Shown here one piece after another: positions 26,701-38,300 of a stretch of 64,000 nt of DNA. Made by a program: the position numbers and the translations under genes. The stretch covers positions 194,584,458 through 194,648,457 of the forward strand of contig NC_068981.1 in assembly GCF_001194135.2 (NCBI RefSeq). Reading direction: 5' to 3'. Each line of letters begins with the position of its first letter. The stretch's first letter is position 1. This DNA comes from Octopus bimaculoides (lineage: Eukaryota). The notes beneath the pieces are model-generated. The model ran no database searches, was not told the origin of the DNA, and saw only the letters and a list, made by a program, of their open reading frames with translations.

Positions 26701-29700
26701 CCTATTGAGTCAAGTACATTAAAATCAAAATGAAATCAAATGGAAATTGTAGTTGTGATCCTCGTGCCAATGGCTTTTATAAAGCACCATCCGAACATCG
26801 CTAATGCCAGCGCCGCCTTGACTGATTCCATGCCACCTGATTGTGGCCGATGCCAACCCCCTATGGTGCCTGTGCTGGTGGCCTGTAAAACAGCACCCTC
26901 TACACTCACGGAGTGGTTAGCATTAGGAAGGGCATCCAGCTGTAAAAACACTGCTAAATCAGTTTGGGGCCTCGTGCAGCCTCCTGGCTTCCCCAACCCC
27001 AGTCAAACCGTCCAACCCATACCAGCATGGAAAACAGACATTAAACGAGGATGATGATGAAATTAGAGATGTTGAAGATATCAACAATTCAGTGATATGA
27101 GAAATTTACAGTGTAGATGTTGAAGTAGTGATGAATCTCTCAGTAAATGTATCAAAATCTAGACTGATTGATGTAGGAAGATTGTCAAATATTTCCTAAT
27201 TTTAATTTAATTGCCCTGTACATTTTTTCCTTTTCAGCGGCTGAAAAAGTTGATCCACCATTGCTCTTTCTGTTTGAAGATGATCACCAAACATCAGATT
27301 CTGCTGCCTTGATGTACCGACTTTACACTAGCGAGAAGATCCAGTAAGTATTGAACCCCGAAATTCTGAGAAATCCACAGATTAACAACAAATGATTCAC
27401 CACTGGTGCACACACGTCACCTCACTGTTATATCTGTTAGGTTAAAATATGTCCATTATTACTGCAAAAATAATAGAGAATTAAGCAGATAATTTCATAG
27501 AATGATGTATGTATGGCTGTCGACCTTAAAGTGCAAGGGTAATTTACCTTTGCCAAACATTGAATACAGTTTATGCTATGTAAGAACGAGTAGGTGATGA
27601 GAATATATCTAATAGAACAAAGTGACACGGTTCTGTGTGTTCAGACTACCAACTTTTTATAACTGTGGGCAAGACTTTCTAGAACCTTTGAAATATAATA
27701 TGGTAGGAAGCCTGCATAACTTTTTTAATGTGTGTTGTCATTCACTGATACAAACCAGCCAATGTTGATTGGTTTGTAAACATTTATGTAGGTGTTCTGT
27801 TCCCCCAGGGCCATTCATACGTTTTATGGTAATATTATTAGGCTGTAAGGCTTAACTGGAAGTCTAAGTGAAGTGGTTCAAATTGAGGCAGAGACCTACT
27901 ATAGATTATCATCTATTTTATATACAGGCCGGCCTAAAAGTAGGTTTACAGTTATTCAACAATCTCTTTTGCATTCATATATTAACAGTTTAGATCTTAA
28001 TTATAGACAAATATGAAACCATTATTCTATGCTAATTTAGTTAACTGTAAGATAGAAATTTAAATGTAATAAAATGTTTTAAAAGAAATTTAAAGTGCCT
28101 ACGTGATAACTGTAACCCTACTTTTGGGCCATATATATTATTTTTATTATATTAAGGGCATTACTACATGTAAATGCCTCACGCTATGAGGGACTCTTAA
28201 AGTCAAAACTACTATAATAAATATACAGTGTACCAACACCGAGAGAATGCAACTTGGAAATTGTCTCTTAAAAACAGATTCAGCTGCAAATCATATGATT
28301 TCAAAGTTAGTGTACATAATCCACTTTCTAATCATCAGTGCAGGCATAATCAAGACACATAAAAATGAACAATATTCAACATACCAGACGAACACCAAAT
28401 GTATCCAGCATAGTATATAGAGATGTTCACACTTATATATCTATGTAAGAGGCGGACTTTTCAAATTGCATCTTGGTACACGTGTATATTTGGAATGGGA
28501 GACAATATTGGTCTCTAAAAGATGGAGACTTTAAGGGTTACTTTTATTTTACTTGTTCCAGTCATTAGACTGAGGCCATGCTGGGGCAGTGGCTCAAAGA
28601 ATTTTTAGTCAAATGAATCAACGCCAGTACTTATGCTATTGGTCTCTTTTGCTGAACTGCTAAGTTATCGTGATGTAAACACACTGACACACACACACAT
28701 GACAGGCTTCTTCCAGTTTCCGTCTACCAAATCTATTCACAAGGTTTTAGTGGAAGACACCTGTCGAAGGTGCCACGCAGTGGGACTGAACCCAGAACCA
28801 TGTGGTTGGGAAGCAGGCTTCTTAGCAGACAGACAGACAGACACACTGATATTTTATATTGTTTGAAGTAAATGTTTGATCTTATTTCTTTGTCTTAGGT
28901 TCACCTGTGGTTGTACAACCGTATCCCCGTCATCGGAAAGTAAAGGAGAGCTACTGATAGGTAAAGCCATTTCCTTCCATCATCATTCAGTATTGTCACA
29001 GCTCTTCTCTTCAGTCATCAGTCAAACGTTGTCGGTTTGACTGATGACTGAAGAGAATGTTTGAATGAGTTCTACAGACGTAAATTAAGGTGGTATAGCA
29101 TATTGCCAGGTGTGAAGGACTGGCAAAGACAACCCGGTAAAGCCCTGTGCCAAAAAAGAGAGCAAGGGAGCCTCTACGTGGTTGTTCAATTTGCTCAAAA
29201 TAGCAGCCAAATTCCTGTCAAATCATGTTATTGTTTTTGAATAGAATGGATGCATTATACAATCAATATAGTCTCTGATATACTGAAAGACAGGATGGTC
29301 ATAGCTGGTGTACCTTTGACCGTTGGTCTTTTTGATCAAGGTGAATCTGGGGCTAAACAAGATAATATGTAAATAAATGCTAAACTCCAAAACTGCAGCT
29401 GTCATGTGTGCAGCTGCACCATGCAATTAACTGCTACTTAATTAGGGTTAATGAGCTCCCGACATGGTGTTCATGAGATTAGTACATGCTGTTTCTGTGT
29501 AGTTACCCTGTATTACTGTGTATTCACACACACACGTACACACACACACACACCACTCTCATGCATACACATACAAACACCTAAGAGACCTAACAAGAGA
29601 AAATCTCTATATTCGAGTGAGCTCATTGCCAGTGCCGCTGGACTGGCTCCTGTGCAGGTGGCACGTAAAAGACACCATTTTGAGCGTGGCCGTTGCCAGT

Positions 29701-32700
29701 ACCGTGTGACTGGCCCTCGTGCCGGTGGCATGCAAAAGCACCCACTACTCTCTCGGAGTGGTTGGCGTTAGGAAGGGCATCCAGCTGTAGAAACTCTGCC
29801 AGATCAGATTGGGGCCTGGTGCAGCCATCTGGTTCGCCAGTCCTCAGTCAAATCGTCCAACCTATGCTAGCATGGAAAGCGGACGTTAAACGATGATGAT
29901 GATTGCTCAGCCTGGAAGAAATAGCAGTCAAATCTGTCTCAAACTGCATTTATCATCTTGAAAAAGAGACGGACACATTCAATATTATGTTGTTCCGAGA
30001 TAACCTAAAAGAGAAAGATTTTCACTGCTAGAATGCTTTTTTTGACCAAACAGACCTGGGGCTAAACACCAATATACACATGGGTAGTCATTCGAGCCTT
30101 ACGGAGGAGATGACAAAGGGCCAAGGTACCTGGTGCCTTGCTGTATTCAAGAAAACCCCTCGTCCACAGCAGAATTGTTGATGCAGCTTCTTCTGCTGAA
30201 GAGGATTGACCTACAAGAGCCCTGTGTTGGTGCCACATAAAGGTACTGGTGTTGGTGCCGCGTAAAAAGCACCCAGCACATTCTGTAAATTGGTTGGTGT
30301 TAAGAAGGGCATCCAGCTGTAGAAACCATGCCAAAACACCGGGATCGAGAGAGACAGAATAATGCAGAGGGTTAGGCCATAGACACGAGGTAGATAGGGA
30401 GAGAATATTCTTTAGGGATTTCTGTCACATAGTTTGAGAGAATGATAGTAATTGAATCATAGAGGGACTAGACCCAGAACACGAGGGGGATTCAGACTGG
30501 AGCCTGGTGCAACTCTCTCTGGCTGGTCAAGCCATCCAACCCATACCAGAATAGAAAACAGACTTATGATGATGATGATGATACACTCACACACACACGT
30601 ATGTATACTAACCTATTTCCTGTTGTATTATTTCAGGTGAACGAAATGTCTACTTTGTGGCTGATGTGGCTGTATCTGACATGAATTATACTCAGGTAAG
30701 AACAACCTCCTACTCTCCCTCCTTACTCTCCCTCCTTACTCTCCTCACCCACTTTCTTCCATCATGGCAACTATGACCGTAACTTTAATCACATGTGTAA
30801 TAATCCTTCCTACTGAAGGCATAAGGCCTTGAAATTAGGAGGGAACCAATCGATTAATTTTGAGGGAGGGGACTAGTCGATTAATTTTGAGGGAGGGAGC
30901 CAGTCAATTAATTTTGGAAGAGGGAACTGTAATCGACTATTCCCCTGCCCCAGTGTATCACTGGTACTTAATTTATCAACCCCAAATGATGAAAGGCAAA
31001 GTCAACCTCGGCGGAATTTGAACTCAGAACCTAAAGACGGATGAAATGCTGTTAAGCACTTTGCCCGACGTGCTAACGATTCTGGCAGCTTGCCACCCTC
31101 AGCATATGTAATAACAGCACATGCTTCCCATGTGATTCTGGGTTCAGTTCCACTGCATGGCACCTTGGGCAAGATGCTGTTACAAATTGTAACAAAGATT
31201 GTAACACAGTCTTTAAAGTAGATTACAGGGTTGTCTTAAAAATGTAGGAATATATTGCACACTTCGGTCTTGGATATAATATTTCTGAAAATAAGGTATG
31301 TTGGTCATGGCTGGAACGTCAGTCTATAAATATTTAAAGGGTTGAAAGTTAAAAGCTTTGTTGGTTGTTCTTCCTCCTTGGCAGTAATTCCATTTTATGT
31401 GTAGGATTTTGGTTATGAGGGAATTGAGATAACTTTTTTGAAGGCTAATTATGATTCTGTTCTTATGATTTAAAACTAATTATGAATTCTTGATAATCTC
31501 TAACAGGTGTTGCTTGGCAACAAAGATCAACTCTCCATGACGTGGCCACAGATGGATATCAAAGAATTTCTTCCACGTTGGTACCAACTAAAAGACGTTG
31601 GCCTTGAAATCTTTTTAACAAATGGCAAAACCTGTTTACTGGCATTCAGTTCTACAGAGGTAAGTCCTTATATCGTCGCCATTGTTTTCATTTGACTTTG
31701 GTTAGCTTCGCTGATGGTCAGAAGATGTTTTGGTACCCCCACTCTTCCTCAGTAAAATGGAAGGGTCAAGTTTTTAACACATCCTGCTATTGATGTCTTG
31801 TCTGTATTTCAAATTTATGGTGTGGAGAAACCATTTTTATTTTTTAGCACAGTCTGGGCCTCCACTTCAGGCACTTATCCTAAATATTTGTAAAGAACTT
31901 AGCTAGGTGGTGTGTGTGTGTGTTAGTGTATATCTAATTAATGGATTCCAACTTGACAGAGGTTTCCATACTACAGCAAATGTATCATTTGTTGTTGTAT
32001 AAAGCAAGTTTTTAGAAGCTATGAACTATGACTTGGTATCCCCAGCTGCCAATGGTTTGAGACATCATTCTTAGCCCAATGGTGTGTTGTTTTCAAACAT
32101 AATGTCCATAAGGAGACAATTCCCATATCATATATCTTTTCATGTTTGAGTGTGCATCATCATCGTTTAACGTCCGCTTTCCATGCTGGCATGGGGTTGG
32201 ACGCTTTGATTGAGGACTGGCGAGCCAGAAAGCTGCACCAGGCTCCAATCTGATCTGGCAAAGTTTCTACAGCTGGACGCCCTTCCTAACGCCAACCACT
32301 CCGAGAGTGTAGTGGGTGCTTTTACATGCCACCGGCACAAGGGCCAGTCACACGGTACTAGCAACGGCCACACTCAAAATGGTGTTTAAACATGTTAAAT
32401 CTTATACACACCTATATCGCATTCAGCACTGCTTCGTGCTCCTCTAATTAATTCCAGCTTGGCAAAGCTCTGCACACACCAGCAAATGTATCATTTGCTG
32501 TTCTGATATAGAAACAAACTATTATTGGCTGTGAATTACAACTTGGGATCTGTAGCTGACAATGCACAACAATACAGGAATGCATGTGTCCTCTGGTCCA
32601 ATGGCATCGTTCATACCTCAACAATGTGTCTTTCATTTGTTGTCTACAACCCTTTAGCATTCAAATTACTCTGTCAAATGTATTGCTTTTTTATTCACAT

Positions 32701-35291
32701 TGTTTTGAATTAATCATGCATTATCTTGTAAATTCAAGATTTTAATTGTGTGATTGTTTATTTTTAGAATGGCATTGAAGGGTAGGTGTGAGAGGTTAAA
32801 TCTGGCCACTTACAACATAAAATAAGAGAATATTTGGGCCAGATATGGTTAGTTTAAATGCCAAAGGGATAAGGAGAGTTTCTCTGTCTTGAGACAATTT
32901 CTGCTGTGTATGTCTCTCCATGTCTGAGTGTACCTGGACCTATTAAATATAATTATACACACCTATATTGTATTTGTGTATGAGAGATTCTGACGTGGTT
33001 GAGGTTTAACTCATGTAGTATGAGCTAGGTGGGAGTTTTATGAAGGAAGGATTTGGGAAAAATGTATGGCACAGTTGTAGGGTCAGACAGCATTATAATG
33101 ATGAGAGGGACACTTTGGCAGGCGTTGTTTATAGTTTGATAGTTCTGAGAAACAGAAATTGTAGCTGTAAAGATGGATGAGATACAGACAAGACACTGCA
33201 GATTGTGGGGTCATGTTTGTGGCAGCCCTCTTTTGTTTTGGTCCTACAGCCAAATGTGTCGCTCCATCTTTTAAGACAGCAGGGTCTGATTTGAGAGAAT
33301 TTTGCTGCTATTTTCACCTTTTAGATGACCACATAGTGACCTCTTTGTTGGCTCCAGTAATTTAATGGTCATCTTATGTAGGATTAGTTGAAAGGCAACA
33401 AATAATCAATGTTGAGGTATTTTTTTGCCCCATGAAGTGGACATTTAGGGTTTGAGAGGGGGGGGTGTTCTATTGTTTAATTCTTTTTGTTTGTTTGTTT
33501 GCAGGAACGCAATCAAACCCTGAAGCAGCTTGAAAACGTGGAACTTCCCAATTTGGTGAAAGGTGAGAACATGTCCAGTATCCAGCAACTGTGGGGAAGT
33601 GGACGCATGACAAATTTTGAGTATTTGACTCTGTTGAACAAGATCGCTGGCCGATCCTTCAATGACCTTATGCAATATCCCATCTTCCCATTCATTATCA
33701 GAAATTACGAGAACGAAGAATTAGATTTGTCTAATCAATCCCTCTATAGGTAAGTACAACTTAGATGACTACTACTACTACTACTACTACTTTTCCTTCA
33801 TCATCATCATCATCATTATTATTATTCTGGTGTTATTATTATTATTTGATGCAAACACACAGCTTATTTTGCTGGGTATGATGGAAAGTGTCAGGCGCCC
33901 ACAGCCAATAGACTAAGGTGACACTTTTTTACAGGTATAACGGAGAAAGAAGATACAAACAATAAGTTTTGGGTAAGTTGAACAAGCTACAATTTCTTCG
34001 TCTCGTTATCAAAATACGAATTGTCAAAAGAGAATAATGGTTATATTACGGCCTGGAACAAGGATTTAAATGACTTCAGTTCTGATGGTTCTGTTGATGT
34101 GGCTAATGGTCTGCTGTCTGTTGTGGTAACGATGAAGACCAGAGAAGGCTGGTTGAAGAGAGCTGTGTGACAGACTGGATTTCTGGTTGATCGATGCTGG
34201 TCCAAAGAGACGTGGCGTGTGGTCAATGGCTGATGCCAAAGACCAAGCGAAGCAGAACACAAGGGCTTTTATAACCCTGGGTAGGCTCCAGAGACAAAGT
34301 GATCTTTTCCGCATTGAAAACAAACTGTTGCAAACACGCGATTGGACAGTTAGTAACTGACCAATACATGCAACTAGTTTGGCAAGCCACTGGATCATGT
34401 GACCAGATGGAAAGAAAACGTCTGGTGAGCCCATTCTGTGGTATTTAAGCTTAAACAACCAAACATAATAAAAGCATTACACACTTCTGCTACACTGGTC
34501 GTGCTTCAAGAACCCTGCGAAGAATTCTTGCAGCTCCAAGCAATGCTGACTTTTGTAGGTGTTCTACCATTGCTTTTGTACCAACCCTTTTGAACCATAA
34601 TGCTAGTTGGGTTATTATTATTATTATGATTATTATTATCATGCCTTTGCACAGTTTCTAATGCTGGAGATGTACTACAGTGTCAGCTGTTCACTACCAG
34701 TGAACTAAGGTAACACCTCTTATTTTTCGAGCACCTTCCGGAGTATTCGAGCGGTTCCAAGCAGTGCTGTTTTCTGTAAGTGCTCCACCCTTATTGCAGC
34801 CCCTATTTGTTCCACGTACTTCGCGAGATTTTTACTCGCTGTTCCCAGGGCTCCGACAATTATTGGTATTACTACCACCTTTTTCGTTAACCACAACTGC
34901 TTAACTTCCCAAGCTAACCTGTCATATCTCTCGACTTTTCTTTCTTCCTTATCACATACCTTGTTGTCAGCTGGAAATGCTATATCTATGATCCAACATA
35001 GTTTGCTTTCATTCTCAATTAATACTATGTCTGGCTTCCTATTCTCTATCTCATGGTTGCACTGAATCATAAAATCCCATAGGATCTTTGCATTATCATT
35101 TTTGATGATGCCTTCAGGTTTGTAGTCGTACCAATTTTTTGCTCTGTCAAGTCCATACTTGTTGCAGAGTGTCCAATGGACAAGCCTGGCTATATTGTCA
35201 TGGTGTCTCTTATATTTCTTCTGGGCTAGTGACGTACATTGGCTGGTAATATGCCATACGGTTATTATTATTATGTCCACAGATTCTGCAC

Positions 35292-35325
<34 letters not shown>

Positions 35326-38300
35326 TGTGATCACTGGTGCATTGGACAAAATGTTCAGAGCTGTTTTTCCTGACTCTGAGTTTAGATCCTGCCAAGGTCA
35401 ACTTGGCCCTTCATCTCCCTGGGGTTGATAAAATAAAATACCAGACAGGTACTGGGGTCAGTGGTATTGACCCTAACCATCTTCCCCTCAAAATTGCCTA
35501 AATTAGAAATCATTATAATTATTATTATTATTAATTTTATTTAAAATGGTGAGCTGGCAGAACCTCGTTAGAGCAAGGGAAGGAATGCTTTGTGGTATTT
35601 GTCCTGGTTCTTTACATTTTGAGTTCAAATCCTTGCAAGGTCAACATGGCCTTTCATCCCTCTGGGGCTGATAAAACAAAGTACCAGTCAAGTACTTGAG
35701 TCACTGTAATCACGCAAACTTTCTCCCCTCAAATTTCTAGTCTTGAGGGGAGGGCATTGCAGGATTGGTAATGTATATGTTTGATGACAGTGATGTCATG
35801 TTGTTTTTGATGAAGATGATGATGATGATGTCAAGTTTGGTGATAATGGTGTTATGTTTGATGACGGCTGTAATAAATGATGATGAATTGCGTCGTGTAT
35901 GATGGCAACTCCTGTACGATGACAAGTGCGTCATATTTGATGACGACATCCTGTGTATATCTTATTATTTAATCAACCAGTTATTTTTTCTAATGTTCTG
36001 TTATCTTCATCCCGCATTTTCCAGAGACTTATCAAAACCCATTGCTGTGCAAGACAAATCTAGAGAAAAGAAATACATTGAAAATTATCAGGTAAATATC
36101 TTTTGTTTTACAAGATTTTTGAGTTCTATATTTAAGAGACGAGGAATTATGTACATTATTTACATTTGATGGATATCTGTCCTCATCTTGTTTTGGCTGA
36201 TAGACCCTCCAGCCTTCATCAGGTGTCTTGGGGAAATTTCGATCCTGGTTTCTCATTCCTAAGGTATTTTTCGATGTTATCATTATTATTATTATTAAGG
36301 TCATTGCTTGTAATCGAACTCGGAATCTTGAGGTTAGTAGCCCACGCTCTTAACCACTATGCCATATGCTTATGGACCCATGGGCATATGGCATAGTAGT
36401 TAAGAGCGTGGGCTACTAGCTCCAAGATTCCAAGTTCAATTCCAGCCAATGACCTGAATAATAATAATAATAATAACATTGAAAAATACCTTAGGAATGA
36501 AAACCCAGGTTCGAAATTTCCCCAAGACACCTGATGAAGGCTGGAGGGTAGCATTCTTCCCTTTCATGGGACTGTGGAAGAGGTAGACCCAGGAAGACAT
36601 GGGATGAGGTGGTGAAGCATGACCTTCGAACATTGGGCCTCACAGAGGCAATGACAGGAGAGCAGGACCTTTGAATATATGCTGTGATTGAGGAGACCCA
36701 GCAACTAAAGTGAGATCACAGCCACACATGTCCAGCCATGTTAAGAGAACCCCTGATGCATCGGGCGATATGATATGCTTGAGACGACCTGTTGAGTCAA
36801 GTAAAACCAAGATCATAGCTGTGGCCAGTGCCCCCTGACTGACTTCTGTTCCGGTGGCATGTATAAAGCACCATCCAAATGTGGTCGATGCCAGGTCCAC
36901 CTGACTGGCTCCCATGTCAGTGGCAAGTAAAAAGTACCTACCACACTCTCGTAGTGGTTGGCGTAGGGAAGGGCATCCAGCTGTAGAAACCTTGCCAGAT
37001 GAGACTGGAGCCTGGTGCAGCCTTCTGGTTCTCCAGACCCCAGCCAAACCATCCAACCCATGCCAGCATGGAAAACAGACTGACTAAATTCTTATTCTTC
37101 TTCCAAAGCTACCAAAAACACCAAACATTCTCCTCTTAATTATTCTACTTTGTGAATTTCTTATCTTTACCCAACACAGACCAGCACTGATTTCTTTGGA
37201 TTTTACCAATTCCACTTTACAATTCTATGTTTCAGTACTTAAAGCAAGAATATGAGAAATTCCTGTCAAAGAATGATGAGACTTTCTACCGTGTGGCACC
37301 ATACCATTATGGTAGCCATTACTCAAACAGTGGAACTGTTCTGCATTTTTTAGTCCGCTTGCCGCCTTTTACCAAAATGTTCCTCAACTTCCAAGGTAAG
37401 TCTTTACTCCATCCCAAACGATTTCTTCAGAAGTCTGTGACTTATTCTGGTCTTTGTTTTGCAAAAATTTAAACTCAGTTAACTTTGGACTGGAAGAGTT
37501 TATTTCTTTACATATTCTTGGAGAAGGGATCGTCATCATCATCATCATTGCCAACACCATCATTACTATCATCACCACTATTACCATCATCATCATCATC
37601 ACCATCATTATCATCACCATTATCATCACCACCACCACCATCATCATTACCATCATTATCATCACCACCACCATCATCATCATCATCATCATCAACACCA
37701 CCATCACCACCACCGTCATCATCATCATCATCATCAACACCACCATCACCACTACTACCATCATCATCATTGTCGTCATTTGTTGGAATCATTTGACAGG
37801 AGCTTGCAAGGCCAGGAACTGTATGAAGGCCCCTTTTGTTTGTTTTGGCATGGTTTCTGTGACTGGATGCCCTTCCTAGTGCCAACCACTTTACAGAGTG
37901 TACTGGGTACTTTTCATGTGGCACCAGCACTGACAGGGTCACCAAGCAACTTGCAAGACAAAACCCCCTCAACTTGAGAAGGGGAGAGCAGTATTAAGGG
38001 AAATGGTTTGTGCCAGTTGAGAGATTTAAGGCACAGAGGGGACAGATACAGGGGGTCTTAGTGTAGAATAGATACAAACTTATAAATCAAAATCATTGAC
38101 TAATAACTGATTGTATCCGTGTAAGATTGAATCAAAGATGTTTATTAATGCCATAACTTTATCTCATTTACAGATAACCATTTTGATCTGCCTGACCGAA
38201 CATTTCACAACATGGCCATTACGTGGAAACTATCCAGTTATCAGTCAATAAGTGATGTTAAAGAACTCATTCCGGAGTTTTTCTTCCAACCAGAGATGTT

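Noticed and set aside
37384-37972. Poly-Met/Ile/Asp/Ser ORFs in several frames
   Set aside because: Translation of a (CAT/CAC)n microsatellite at an RTE tail; the same applies to other (GAT)n, (TA)n and (CA)n ORFs.
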